DNA of 60,050 nucleotides from an uncultured Burkholderiales bacterium (GCA_964615175.1 CAZTOV010000002.1:1-60050); one strand, 5' to 3'; numbered from the stretch's first letter, positions 1-10,453 are shown. Program-made: numbers and translations. Notes: generated by a model not told the origin, from the letters alone.

Positions 1-167
1 AGCTCGACGGCGAGGTCGGTGGAGGGGGCGTCGACGTCGATCCACACCCAGGCTTTGGACGCGATGTCGTCGAGACGCTCGAGGCTCAGTGGCTCGAGGC
101 GTCGATCGAGGGCCTTCACCCATGCGCGGAGGTGGGGTCCGCTCGTGGCGGTGCCGTCCTCGTTCAT
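1..167 (-). CDS. N-terminal fragment of a gene running off the window; possibly a CorA-like divalent cation transporter
   Basis: ATG at 167 (minus) opens MNEDGTATSGPHLRAWVKALDRRLEPLSLERLDDIASKAWVWIDVDAP...; the W-x-W-I-D-V-x-x-P motif resembles CorA N-termini. A TACGTT -10-like hexamer lies just upstream. Confidence 0.35.
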   Translation of the reverse strand, partial: MNEDGTATSGPHLRAWVKALDRRLEPLSLERLDDIASKAWVWIDVDAPSTDLAVE

Positions 168-324
168 GCCAAGCCAACGTACCCGACCCGACCGACCTCT
201 GTTCTCGACGCCGCCGGTCGTGCGTCGGCGGATTCTGGAGTCGGGGATCGTGCCCCCCGTGCCCGGACGGTTGTCGCGCCCGCACCACGCCATGCGAAGG
301 ATTCGATCAGCGCAGGTGTCATTG

Positions 325-351
325 TGGCATAAGCATGGTATCGTTATGCCA
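325..351 (+). promoter_or_regulatory. Leaderless promoter and palindromic operator of the toxin-antitoxin operon
   Basis: Inverted repeat TGGCATAA (325-332) / TTATGCCA (344-351) brackets an extended -10 TGG-TATCGT and ends at the antitoxin ATG, as is typical of TA autorepression. Confidence 0.5.
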
Positions 352-587
352 TGCCCAGGACCCGCGTCAGCACAACCGTCGATGAAGCGCTTCTCGCCGA
401 GGCGCGCCGTGTTCGCTCGGACTCGACAGACGCCGCGCTTCTCGACGCCGCGCTCGAAGCGCTTCTCGCGCGCGAGCGGGCGGCGGAACTTGATGCCGCC
501 TACGGCGCATACGACGAGCGCCCCATCGACACCAAGGACGAGTGGGGTGACCTCGCATCGTTCCGCGAGGGCGCGGCAGCATCGTGA
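351..587 (+). CDS. Type II antitoxin (MazE-like, ribbon-helix-helix N-terminus)
   Basis: 78 aa; [20 protein letters not shown]-like start and acidic tail (DEWGDL); GTGA overlap with the downstream toxin. Confidence 0.8.
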   Translation: MPRTRVSTTVDEALLAEARRVRSDSTDAALLDAALEALLARERAAELDAAYGAYDERPIDTKDEWGDLASFREGAAAS

Positions 588-907
588 GCGCTCCTGCCAG
601 AGGCGAGGTGTGGTGGTGCGAGCTTCCCGAGATCGGCCGACGTCCCATCGTGGTGCTGTCGCGGGACGCTGCGATCCCGCGGCTGCGCAGAGCGCTGGTC
701 GCGCCCTGCACCACCACGATCCGCGGCCTGGCGAGCGAGGTCGCGCTCGAGCCCGGTGAGGACCCAGTTCCCCAAGCGTGCGTGGCGAATCTCGACTCGG
801 TCGAGAGCGTCTCGACCACGGTTCTCGTCGAGCGACTTGGACGGCTGGCTGACACCAAAGTGAGAGAGCTGTGTGCCGCCCTCGAGGTCGCTGTTGACTG
901 CCAGTGA
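584..907 (+). CDS. mazF: PemK/MazF family endoribonuclease toxin
   Basis: 107 aa; [26 protein letters not shown] and terminal ALEVAVDC motifs of PemK/MazF. Confidence 0.9.
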   Translation: MSAPARGEVWWCELPEIGRRPIVVLSRDAAIPRLRRALVAPCTTTIRGLASEVALEPGEDPVPQACVANLDSVESVSTTVLVERLGRLADTKVRELCAALEVAVDCQ

Positions 908-925
908 CTCCCCGCCACCGGGGAG
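908..925. terminator. Hairpin between mazF and the convergent tRNA 3' end
   Basis: CTCCCCG-CCAC-CGGGGAG, a 7-bp GC stem directly after the mazF stop. Confidence 0.5.
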
Positions 926-957
926 CGGCGCATTCGGTGTTCGTGAACCGGCAAGCG

Positions 958-1002
958 TGGCGCCCCCGGCAGGATTCGAACCTGCGGCACGCGGTTTAGG
1001 AA
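958..1002 (-). pseudogene. 3' half of the host tRNA-Arg(CCT), forming one island att junction
   Basis: Minus strand reads TTCCTAA-ACCGC-GTGCC-GCAGG-TTCGAAT-CCTGC-CGGGGGC-G-CCA: anticodon loop, T arm, acceptor strand and encoded CCA. No D arm lies upstream. Confidence 0.9.
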
Positions 1003-1110
1003 CTGAGAAAGGCGACGACGACGAACCTGCCTAGATTGAGCGTCGTCCCAGGTCAGACCCGTCTTTCGAGTGACCGCCAATGACCAGCGCCACCCCTGAG
1101 GGGCCGCCCG

Positions 1111-1129
1111 GTGGGGCACATGTGGGGCA
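1111..1129 (+). repeat. Putative integrase arm-type sites (left end)
   Basis: GTGGGGCA repeated with an 11-bp period (1111-1118, 1122-1129); TGACCAGCG at 1081 also recurs at 13060. Confidence 0.5.
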
Positions 1130-1395
1130 GCTGCTGAGTGCCGACTGCCGGCACTCAGGTCCCTCCCCATTTGCCGAGGACCTTGTGAGACACTGGCCCT
1201 GATTTACCCCGTCCCCGTGGCGGGACGCAATCGCGATGACGAAGAGGAGGTGACCTGCGATGACACCGAGATGTATATGCGTCCGGCGCGTTTAGCCGGG
1301 CGCAAAGGCGGCGACTTTGGGCCAGGCTCAGAGGCCTGACAGCGGCGCAGACGGTGGTCACAGAAACCCAACGTCTCCCAAGTCGTCCCTGAACA

Positions 1396-1698
1396 ATGGT
1401 TTGTGCCGCGTGCTCGTCCACTGAGGACGAGCGTCAGGCGCTGAGTCTTGACGTGCAATGCACGGAGAGGCTCATGCAAAAGACAATTGAAGCGCTCTAC
1501 GACTGGCTTGAGTGCCTGGACGGGATCCAGCGTTTCGCCGTATACCTCCGGTTCTGGTGTGACCTGACTGAGGCTCAAATCGGTGAATTGCTGTTCGGGG
1601 ACCTGGAGAACGTCTCACTGAGTGAGCGTCGAAGCCGTGCACACGATGTCCTCCGCGCCGCACTTCGGAAACTGCGGCGTAGGGCGGGTGTGGCGTGA
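1396..1698 (+). CDS. Small protein with a sigma-70 region 4-like helix-turn-helix (possibly a remnant)
   Basis: LDGIQRFAVYLRFWCDLTEAQIGELL...RAALRKLR resembles sigma region 4. No region 2 is present and the start is uncertain. Confidence 0.5.
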   Translation: MVCAACSSTEDERQALSLDVQCTERLMQKTIEALYDWLECLDGIQRFAVYLRFWCDLTEAQIGELLFGDLENVSLSERRSRAHDVLRAALRKLRRRAGVA

Positions 1699-2089
1699 CG
1701 GCCCGGTACGAGCAGTCCCCACGGAAGTCCTCGCGGCGATGGGTCTGGAAAGTGGCGGTGTGGATCGTTCAGGAGATTGCCAGGTTGCTGATCCGTCAAT
1801 GGTCGTAGCGTTCTGCAATGTGCGGTTGCTCCTCGTGCCCTCTGGTCATCAGCGCAAATTCAATGATTGGTGCTGAGACGGCCTCTGGTGCCCCATACCA
1901 CTGCACTCGTTGCAATGCCCCGGGGAGGGCTCGCCTGCGCCCCCGTGTTGCAGCTTCGCTGTATCTTCCAGCCGATACGCCGCGGAGGACGCTGACTGCG
2001 GAGTCGTCCGCTGCACCACTCCGGTGGCCGTCGGGTGCTTGGAGGTCCGAGTTGAACCCGCGAAGACGTCGGATTCGTCAGTCCACTAG

Positions 2090-5000
2090 ATGACTCTGTC
2101 TCCAGCTCACCGTGGGTACGTCCACCAGGACGTGGTCACGGCGTACGCGCTCGCATGCCTTCTCCTTCCAGGCTCCACTGATGATGAGGTTGTGGCCAAT
2201 CGGAAGCTGTCCGCTGACGATGTCTTCGATGATCTTGGTCTGTTCGGGAAGGCAACGCGACGCATTCAGATAAAGAGCCACGTAGGCGACCGTCGCCAGC
2301 TGTCGAGTGCTGATCTGGCCACTGACCAGATCAGCTTCCGGATCGACCGCGCGATTCGAAGCGTGGTTGGTGACGAGACGCTGGCTGATCAGTACCGGTT
2401 GGTTGTGACGTTTGATGCGCCCGACGACTCCCTACTCCCGTTTCTCACGCCCGCACCGCATCGCGACCCCTTTCTTCCGTACCTCTCCACGCTCCGATAC
2501 GAGCTTGACGTCGACGCCCTCTGGCCAGCAGACAGTGTCCCGAGCTGGCGTCAGTTGAACGCATTCGACCGACCGACGTTCGTGCGGTTTGCTGAGCGAT
2601 TTGTCGTTGAGACGGACTGCCCATCCTCCTCTGGTGATCTTGCCGCTCTGGGCAGTCTCGAGAGTGCGTTGCTTGAGCTCCTCGAGAGGAGTCTTGGCGC
2701 TGGCCACCCGCCCAATCGGGACCGCAGCCCCTTGGACGTGCTTGCCCACCTGGTCCAGTTCGCGCAAACGGCGCGGGTGCATCAGGCAAGCAGGAGGTCC
2801 GGGGAGGTGCTCATCGCGACTGGGCTTAGGGACGATTTCGGCCGCGTTGAAGAACGTTTGCCACTCGACAAAGACCGTCTTGTGGCTCGGGAGCCTGCGC
2901 TCGACGAGCTTGTCGAGGCCGTTCATGAAGGACCGCGTGTCGTGGTTAGGGGGCCACCGGGAATCGGTAAGTCCTGGATGTTGTCGCAGCTTCACGACCG
3001 TCTGGCGAAAGATGGTTGGATCGTTGCCACGCACTACTGCTTTATCGATCCGCTCGATGTGATGCGGGAGCGACGCATCGCCACGGACGTAATCTTCGGC
3101 AGCCTGATCGCCGAGCTTCTCGATGCTGACCCGTTGCTGAGGACCGATCGCGTACCGCGCTTCGCCGCTGGTCCTCGAGAACTGGAAACCATCCTCACCA
3201 ACGGCGCGGCCAACATCCCGAAGCGACGGATCGCCATAGTCGTCGACGGCCTCGACCATGCGGACCGGATCCACGCGGGTCTGCCCTCGCGCTTGGCGGG
3301 CGAAATCGCTGAAGAGCTCGCGGATCTCAACCTCCCAGACAGTGTTGTGTTGGTCGTTGGTTCACAGCCGGGGGACCATCTCGAACCCCTTCTCGCCCAA
3401 GCGCGGGCGTATGACCTCACGCGATGGGATGATCCGCACATCCAGGAGCTGGCTTTGCGAGCTGGAGTCGACGCTGCCCTCGCTGAAGCCGGACTGGACG
3501 ACGAAGCGGACGCGGTGATCGACGCGATCGTGTTGACTGCCGCAGGCAACCCTCTGTATGCGACATATCTGGCTCGAACCGCCATGCAGGTTGCCAGGGG
3601 CGACGCTGTACCGCCCGACGGCTTCGACCTCGCGGAGCACCTTCGTTCGGCGCCGCCGTTCGACGACTACTACGCATGGCTGTTGAAGAGTCTCGGGCTT
3701 GACACAGGGGTCACCTTCTTGGCCCAGCTTCTCGCGACAGTCGCGTTTCCGGTCACAACTGCCGAGATTGCTGAAATCCTCCCTGAAATGAGCCATCTCG
3801 TGCCGGAGATGCTCAGGCGACTCAGCCCAGTGCTAGCCGGGGATCCGGACCGAGGCGGAGTTCGTGCCTACCACGAGAGTTTCCAACGACACGTAGTCGC
3901 AGCCGACCCAGATCTCGATCATTCGAGGATGGTCGTTCCGGTGATCGATTGGCTTGTCGCTCGCGACTTCTTTGCCGATGAGAGAGCCTTCCGGTTTCTC
4001 TTCCCCCTCCTTCGCACGGCACAGCGCGACGAGGACCTGCTGGCGCTGATTGACGTTGATTTCGTGACGCGCGCCGCACAGCATTGTCAGCCTGGTGATG
4101 CGGTCATCGCGAACCTGAGTACGGCAGCGCAAGCAGCAGCCGGCCTTCAAGCGTGGGCTTCCCTCACCGAGCTTGTGGAACTCGCGCGTGCGGCTCAGTA
4201 CCTCTATTCGTGGCGGCTTGACGTTGACGAGTTTCTAGCCGAGAGCTTCGGGCGTGCCTACGCGGGTTTATTCGGAGCGCCCGCTCTGGCGGCACGTCTC
4301 CTCCACGACGGTCGTTGCACGTTCCGCCCGCGTCCGGGGTTGTTGCTCTGTCGACTATGCGATGACGAGGGTGTCGATGCACCGTGGGCCGAGTACAGAG
4401 CCGCGTACCACCAGCAGCGCCAGACAGACAACACCATCTACAGCGGTGACGGTGGGGCAATCACGGAGGCCAGGCTCGTGGGGACCCTTCGGATAGCCGG
4501 TCGCGACCGCTCCATCGAACTCGCGGTTCGCTGGCTTGCAAGCTCGGACGGTCCGCCGGTTCATCCGCATGAGCTTGTATGGCTCGTCGGCGACATGTAC
4601 GGCTTCGACGCCGCAACATCGGTCACCGACTCGCTGGAGCGAGGTGAGGAGCGTGCCTGGGGGCGCGTTGCAGCGGCACACTTCGCGGCCGAACTCGACA
4701 CGGCCAGTGCTCTCGCGGAAGCTGCGCTCCAGGACGGGCTCCCCCGGGAGGGCATTCCTGACTGCCTCATGCTCGGGGTTGACCCAGCGTTCGTACCGCC
4801 ATCGGGGACCGATCTCGAAAGTCTTACTCGTGAGATCTTGACCCGCGCAGTGCGACTTGAAGACAATCTGCTCACGCGATGGCTCACTGAACTCGATGTT
4901 TTAGGAGCCAAGGGCGACGAGGCAGCCCTCTTCCGGGTTGAGAACTTGATCCCCTCGGATACCTGGTATCACCGATGGCTTCGGTTCGCGGTCGCTCTGC

Positions 5001-8000
5001 GTCGCGATCTTGACGACGCCACCGTGCTTTCGGATCTCCACCGTCTCTCGGACGAGATCGAGGTGTTTCAGGGCGATCCCCGTGTCGTTGACCTGTACCC
5101 GATCCTTGGAGACATCCGAGCCTCATTCCGCCAGATGCTTGGTCGCCTGGACGACGAGGATTGGTCAACGGCGCTCGACGCTCTCGTCACGATCGGAGCA
5201 AAGACGACTACCTGGCTAGACGGTTCTCGCAACGGCCCCTTGCCGATCGATGCGCTGCTCGCACTCATCCTTGAAGCGGCTAACACCGAACCCAAGAGGA
5301 GGAAGGCGAGTCAGGTGGCAGCCCAGCTCCTCGAGGTGGGCGAGCTCGGAGGGGAGTTTTACGAGACCCACGCCGATGACCACTTCCTTTTGGCGAGGGT
5401 GCACGCTGCGGCTGGCAACCGGGAACTTGCAGAACGAGCATGGCGAACGGGCTGCCGCTACCTCTCAGGATACGGGTGGCGGAAGGACATCACCGTCTAC
5501 GAAGTGGTCGATCCGCTCAGCGCCCTCGCGGACGCGGACCCAGAACGCGTTCGCGCAGCGCTGAGAGAAGTCCAGTCGATTGTGGAGGGTGTGCTTGTTC
5601 ACACAGACGGCCGCGAGACGCGACATGCCATCCACGCGTGGATCGATCTTGCAGCTCGACGACATCCGGAAGGTGCCCTCACCCACCTCGCCAACGAAGA
5701 CATGCTCCGCGTTCCCTCGTTTGGCGATCTAGATCACGCATTCCCGATCGCACTATCAGCTCTTCACGAGGACCTGCCGGCCATCATTTCGGCCGCGGGA
5801 TGGGTCGGCGCCGGGACCGAAGTCCGACGGACCCCCCGGGCAGGTCTTGCAGGATGCGAAGTCGCCGCAACCGCAGACGCCGACACCGCCTGGTCCGCTG
5901 TGGTCGCCGCGGTTGTTGGCGACGGAACCGGGTGCCCACCCGGAGCAACAGCGGAAATCCTCGCGTCGGCCGAACGACTCGGTCGCACGGTTGGCGAACT
6001 TCCCGCCGAACCCGTGGACGATGGAGAACCTGCGAATCACCCCATCTCCCCCCTTCGTCATCAGCCGTTCTCCGACACACTCATTGGCCCCACGGTGTTC
6101 GAAATCGATCACGACGGCCTGCTGCAGATCGCAGCCGGGGTTCGGCGATGGCGCGCTCAGCCGGAACGGATCAGTGCTGACGCCGTTGTCAACGCGGTTG
6201 GCTGGCGGCTACTCGTCATGTACGACGCTGGTCGCCGCGACGAAGCAGAAGACCTCCTACGCCGCATCGCCCGCGACACGCCAACATGGCCCGCCGATGA
6301 TCTCTTGGTCGCGCTCGCCGAAGGTCTCACGCGCTTTGGGGCATCAAGCCTCGCAGCCCTGGCTGCAACGCTCGCCTACACGCGCGCCCGAGACGGGTGG
6401 CGGCGCTTTGCGGGTACGGACGGGCAAGATGTCTTTCTCAGCGGTGTGCATCTCGACGACAAGACTGCGTGGGCCACGCTTGCGGCGGAGGTGGCCGATG
6501 GCGTTGCCCGGGGCGGTGAGAACGGAATCACCGTCCACCTCATTGAGGTTCTAGCCGCCGCTGGGCGGACCGATGAGGCGTATGCTGCCTGGGCCGCGGC
6601 CCGTCGGGTGATCGAAAACCGCCTACCGGCAACAGGGCCCGCAGATTCCATTGAGGTTGTCTACGACGACACTGCCGCCGTCCCCCTCTCAGCGCTGACG
6701 GAGGCGCTTGTAGGTCGTCTCAACCACTGTCTTGTTGCGGAACGTCGCGCCGCCACGGCGGGCTTGGCCCTCCTTGCGTCGCAGGATGGGCTAGCCATCG
6801 GATCAGCGATTGAGTTTGCTGCGCACCGGGCTCCAGTGTCGGTACTGATCGCGGTACTTCAGATCGCCGACTCGTATGAGCCGGAGCCCTACGAAGGAAC
6901 GCGGCGATGTGAGGACGTGCTCCAGGAAATTGCCCGCGGTGAACTGGTCTCAGCGCGAGTGCTTGCACGGCGCCTCCTCCAACGAGCTGGCTTCTCGACC
7001 AATGTCGCTCCAGCCCTCGAAGTGCCAATCGCCCCAGCCCTCGACGATGAGCGGATCGACATGCTTCGACGCTTGATCGGGGAAGCACGCCTAAGACCAA
7101 TCGAAGCCGTATGGCCAGACTTTGGACGAGTAGCGGCCCAACAACTGGAACTCGTATGGAGCAGCGATGAGTTCCGCGACCAGATGAAGTCAGTGCTTCA
7201 GAGGCTCAAGCAGGATCGACACCGCCGCGACATCGACGCCTGGATGCCGGAGGCCGAGGCAAGGGTGCGCGTCCTGCAAACAACGGCAACTGCGGCCAGA
7301 TCGGCTCTGGCGTCAGCCGGCACCATTGATCCAAGGGTCGAGGACGAGGTTGGGCTGAGCCTGCTCGGAATGTTGGACCTGGGTGTGCGTTTCAGCCTCA
7401 GCCGAACGCTTCGACCGCAGGATTATCCGTTGCCGACCGAAACCGCGACCATGGACAGTGAAGCGGGTCTGCGAGCCGTCGACGAAGCCGGAGATTTCGA
7501 AGGTTGGATCGTGCTTGCCCATCACGAGCGTGAACTCGTCCGAGGAGACGAATACGACAAGCCCCTTGTGGCCAATCACGAGACCTGGTCCGGGCTGCAG
7601 TTCACCGAGGGCCCCTTGGACCTCAGCGGCCAACTGCCCCTCGGGATCGGAAATGCCGAACTATGGCTCAGGGTCGGTGCCACCGAAGCAGTACCTCCGG
7701 TGTTCCAAGGCCCAACCGCCGGCCTTGACGTCTGCCTGGACGCTTGGAGCACCGTCGAAGTGCTGACCCCTCATCCTGCCCTTGTCTTAGCGGCCGACCT
7801 GCGCCCGGCTCCCTTTGCAGATGGCCTGACTCTCCTCGATTCCGCCGGCAATCCGGCGGTCGTCGCGCGCCAGTGGCGACAGGAGACCCTCCGCGATGAG
7901 GAGCTGAGCGAGCAGGAGTACCGCATCGTCGGTAGAGATCTCCTTGCCCGACCAGATGTCGTGACAACACTCGCAGGCAGAGCCATTGGTGAGCCCGTAC

Positions 8001-8044
8001 ACATGACCACAACTGTTGTTCGAGACTCGCCCAGTAGTTGGTGA
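2090..8044 (+). CDS. Nuclease-STAND NTPase, AVAST/Avs-like anti-phage protein
   Basis: 1984 aa; N-terminal GYVHQD and FDD...IQIK (Cap4/Mrr-like PD-(D/E)xK pattern), Walker A GPPGIGKS, Walker B IAIVVDGLD, GNPLY motif and a long helical C-terminus. Confidence 0.8.
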   Translation: MTLSPAHRGYVHQDVVTAYALACLLLPGSTDDEVVANRKLSADDVFDDLGLFGKATRRIQIKSHVGDRRQLSSADLATDQISFRIDRAIRSVVGDETLADQYRLVVTFDAPDDSLLPFLTPAPHRDPFLPYLSTLRYELDVDALWPADSVPSWRQLNAFDRPTFVRFAERFVVETDCPSSSGDLAALGSLESALLELLERSLGAGHPPNRDRSPLDVLAHLVQFAQTARVHQASRRSGEVLIATGLRDDFGRVEERLPLDKDRLVAREPALDELVEAVHEGPRVVVRGPPGIGKSWMLSQLHDRLAKDGWIVATHYCFIDPLDVMRERRIATDVIFGSLIAELLDADPLLRTDRVPRFAAGPRELETILTNGAANIPKRRIAIVVDGLDHADRIHAGLPSRLAGEIAEELADLNLPDSVVLVVGSQPGDHLEPLLAQARAYDLTRWDDPHIQELALRAGVDAALAEAGLDDEADAVIDAIVLTAAGNPLYATYLARTAMQVARGDAVPPDGFDLAEHLRSAPPFDDYYAWLLKSLGLDTGVTFLAQLLATVAFPVTTAEIAEILPEMSHLVPEMLRRLSPVLAGDPDRGGVRAYHESFQRHVVAADPDLDHSRMVVPVIDWLVARDFFADERAFRFLFPLLRTAQRDEDLLALIDVDFVTRAAQHCQPGDAVIANLSTAAQAAAGLQAWASLTELVELARAAQYLYSWRLDVDEFLAESFGRAYAGLFGAPALAARLLHDGRCTFRPRPGLLLCRLCDDEGVDAPWAEYRAAYHQQRQTDNTIYSGDGGAITEARLVGTLRIAGRDRSIELAVRWLASSDGPPVHPHELVWLVGDMYGFDAATSVTDSLERGEERAWGRVAAAHFAAELDTASALAEAALQDGLPREGIPDCLMLGVDPAFVPPSGTDLESLTREILTRAVRLEDNLLTRWLTELDVLGAKGDEAALFRVENLIPSDTWYHRWLRFAVALRRDLDDATVLSDLHRLSDEIEVFQGDPRVVDLYPILGDIRASFRQMLGRLDDEDWSTALDALVTIGAKTTTWLDGSRNGPLPIDALLALILEAANTEPKRRKASQVAAQLLEVGELGGEFYETHADDHFLLARVHAAAGNRELAERAWRTGCRYLSGYGWRKDITVYEVVDPLSALADADPERVRAALREVQSIVEGVLVHTDGRETRHAIHAWIDLAARRHPEGALTHLANEDMLRVPSFGDLDHAFPIALSALHEDLPAIISAAGWVGAGTEVRRTPRAGLAGCEVAATADADTAWSAVVAAVVGDGTGCPPGATAEILASAERLGRTVGELPAEPVDDGEPANHPISPLRHQPFSDTLIGPTVFEIDHDGLLQIAAGVRRWRAQPERISADAVVNAVGWRLLVMYDAGRRDEAEDLLRRIARDTPTWPADDLLVALAEGLTRFGASSLAALAATLAYTRARDGWRRFAGTDGQDVFLSGVHLDDKTAWATLAAEVADGVARGGENGITVHLIEVLAAAGRTDEAYAAWAAARRVIENRLPATGPADSIEVVYDDTAAVPLSALTEALVGRLNHCLVAERRAATAGLALLASQDGLAIGSAIEFAAHRAPVSVLIAVLQIADSYEPEPYEGTRRCEDVLQEIARGELVSARVLARRLLQRAGFSTNVAPALEVPIAPALDDERIDMLRRLIGEARLRPIEAVWPDFGRVAAQQLELVWSSDEFRDQMKSVLQRLKQDRHRRDIDAWMPEAEARVRVLQTTATAARSALASAGTIDPRVEDEVGLSLLGMLDLGVRFSLSRTLRPQDYPLPTETATMDSEAGLRAVDEAGDFEGWIVLAHHERELVRGDEYDKPLVANHETWSGLQFTEGPLDLSGQLPLGIGNAELWLRVGATEAVPPVFQGPTAGLDVCLDAWSTVEVLTPHPALVLAADLRPAPFADGLTLLDSAGNPAVVARQWRQETLRDEELSEQEYRIVGRDLLARPDVVTTLAGRAIGEPVHMTTTVVRDSPSSW

Positions 8045-8324
8045 ACTCCGCTTTCGAGAATGCCAACTCGCGCGGTCAGTTCGTCTGGCGCCCGGGGCAA
8101 TGCCCGAAGGTCAATCCTGCTCCAAGCCTGGCTGGTTGACCCGTTCCCTTCTGGAGGCCGGCTCGGCGCTTCTGTGTAGATGGTCTCTCTTCCAGATGAT
8201 CTAGCGATGGGCCGCGTCTGATCGAGAAACGGCGTGCCTACATCATGTCAGCTGTCAAGGACAGAGCTGGTTCTGATCGCGCGGTCAGCCTCGCGTCCTT
8301 AGTGGATGCATCTGAACGCCGGCG

Positions 8325-10295
8325 TCATGAGAGCTCTGGATCTTGTAGTTCCAGTAGCGCTGATAGCGCTTGATGAATTTCGACGAGAGGCTTCTTCTGA
8401 TCCGCTGCCAGAATCCTCGTGCGTCGCCCCACTGTGGCGAGACGGTCAGCGACCTTGCGCTTCGAAGGAGGATCGACGCCGCGCTCATCGCACCAGGCAG
8501 CCAGTGCTACGGCACGACCCGGTGTTGTCAGGCTTCCTGCTTCGATCTGGACCTCAGTCCCATGAGATCGGCGCAGCTCCTCGTTCACCGCGTCAAGGAA
8601 GGCTTCCTCTGTCACTAGGTCCTCCGGCGTATATCTGTCGGGCAACCGTAAGATTTCCCTGTCTTCAACGCCGGCTCCCCGCAGCTTCGCCGCATGTGCT
8701 CGTCCACTCTTGTCTCCGTCAAGGAGATACGCCACGCGTGGCGCTTCGAGAGACAGAGCGGCCGCCTTCTCAGGCTCCACCTCCGCAAGGCCCGGCGCGA
8801 TCTGAAAGTGCAGGTGGTCGGCATCCAAGGCCTGTCTGAAAAGCGTGGGGAGCAGAATGAAATCTGCAGCGCCCTCGGTGATCACAGCTCGGCGAGTCGG
8901 GACTAGTGCTAGAACACTTGCGCCCATGGCCAGCATCAGGGGCGAGAATCCGGCCCCTTCTGTCCAGAAGGAATTGCTGACTTCGCTCTGGCCTATGTCT
9001 TCACCGTTGTCATCCAGCACCGGTCGTACAACGCGAACGCCGCGACCCAAATCCTGAGGAAGGCAACCTGCAGAGTGGGTCGTGTAGATGATCTGTGCCG
9101 CGGTCTTCTGTTCGGTGAACACGCGAACCAAATCCGCCTGGGCATCGTAATGGAGGTGATTCTCGGCCTCATCGATGAGGAGCACAGGCGGATTTTCAAA
9201 CGCATGAAGGAATGTGTACGCGTACATGGCCACGAATGTCCGTAGCCCATCCGACCGTTCAGCCAGGGGGGTGAAAACGCCTCCAGGAGCCGATACCTGC
9301 ACGCGCACGGCCGCTTCATCGATCTGCAATTCCGGCGTTACATCGGACTGACGCCACGCAGACCCGAACCGTTCGCGAAGTCGGCGATTCGCGCGATCTT
9401 GAATCGTGTACCGGTCTTCATGTCGGCCGGTCGCCATGGCCTGGCGAAGCTGGGCCTCGTCGACCTCGGCCAGTGCTAAGAGATTTCCGAGCGCCGCCGG
9501 CGGGTTGGCAAGCTGCTGTTCGCCGTATTCACTCGCGAGCTGGCGATCTTCGTCTTCAAACTTCAGAAGCGGTGGACACCGGGCTGAAAGGTACTCCAGC
9601 AGATCGGCTTGGGGGTGTCTTGCCCGCTCATGCTCAAGCAATGACCCTATGCACTCGATCAAGCCCGCAAGCCAGCGGTCCGCCACCTTTGACTCAGCGT
9701 GCTCCGAAAGCTTCTCAGCGGTTGAACGCGCGGTGTCGAGCGCTCCCAACACTTCGTTGTCAAGGGTTTCGTCTTCTGTATCGAGGTCAATCAGTAAGCC
9801 GTCCAGCTGCTGCGTCAACGGAGTATGTTCATCTGCCTCCTCGGCATCTTCGTCCTGAGGCGCAGCGAGTTCATCAGGCGGGGCAGATGGCGGCCTCGAT
9901 TCCATCATGCTGCTCAACTTCTGGCGTACCTCAACCCGGGGCCGTCTATCGCGGCGATAAGGGTCCGACAAGACATCGTTGACTTGTCCATCGGGACGCT
10001 TGTGGCGCACTAAGAAGCGCGGAGTCCCGATGCCGCCTAGCTGGTCGGCGTACGTACGCTCCTCTTCATTGAGGGCGTAGGTGAGTTCCACCACTCGGTG
10101 ATCGGCGGGTGGATGTGTTCCGCGAGTGATGTCCGAGCCGAATGCCTCGGTGTGTTCGAGGGAGACGAGCGCGTCAAGTAGAGAACTCTTCCCCGCTTCG
10201 TTGGGGCCGACGATTGCGACGACAGGCTCATCAAGATCGACTGTCACATTGTGGAATCGCCGAAAGCCTCGGAGTCGAGCCTTGATTAGATCCAT
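8325..10295 (-). CDS. OLD-family ATP-dependent nuclease (ABC ATPase + TOPRIM)
   Basis: Likely start MDLIKARLRGFRRF at 10295; Walker A GPNEAGKS, signature RSDGLR, Walker B LLIDEAENHLH, IYTTHS; TOPRIM motifs ITEGAAD and LLDGD. Confidence 0.85.
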   Translation of the reverse strand: MDLIKARLRGFRRFHNVTVDLDEPVVAIVGPNEAGKSSLLDALVSLEHTEAFGSDITRGTHPPADHRVVELTYALNEEERTYADQLGGIGTPRFLVRHKRPDGQVNDVLSDPYRRDRRPRVEVRQKLSSMMESRPPSAPPDELAAPQDEDAEEADEHTPLTQQLDGLLIDLDTEDETLDNEVLGALDTARSTAEKLSEHAESKVADRWLAGLIECIGSLLEHERARHPQADLLEYLSARCPPLLKFEDEDRQLASEYGEQQLANPPAALGNLLALAEVDEAQLRQAMATGRHEDRYTIQDRANRRLRERFGSAWRQSDVTPELQIDEAAVRVQVSAPGGVFTPLAERSDGLRTFVAMYAYTFLHAFENPPVLLIDEAENHLHYDAQADLVRVFTEQKTAAQIIYTTHSAGCLPQDLGRGVRVVRPVLDDNGEDIGQSEVSNSFWTEGAGFSPLMLAMGASVLALVPTRRAVITEGAADFILLPTLFRQALDADHLHFQIAPGLAEVEPEKAAALSLEAPRVAYLLDGDKSGRAHAAKLRGAGVEDREILRLPDRYTPEDLVTEEAFLDAVNEELRRSHGTEVQIEAGSLTTPGRAVALAAWCDERGVDPPSKRKVADRLATVGRRTRILAADQKKPLVEIHQALSALLELQDPELS

Positions 10296-10453
10296 CCAAG
10301 CACCGTAGCTACAGCACCAGCGGGAACGCTGGGAAGGCACGCACGACCTGGTCAACGAAAGCTTGCCCAGGAGAAGCTTGATGAACGATGGCCTGTGGGA
10401 CTTGTGCCCTTCCGTCTAAGACGATTCTGCGAAGCATGTGTGGGTGCATTGCG

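Noticed and set aside
958..1002. A functional tRNA, or the usual duplicated 3' att fragment of the intact tRNA at 11615
   Set aside because: It has no D arm, and its acceptor and anticodon stems do not match the 11615 gene; they match the 5' half at 13113-13150.
8325..10295. Gabija (GajA) or retron-associated OLD
   Set aside because: No UvrD helicase or reverse transcriptase gene is adjacent.
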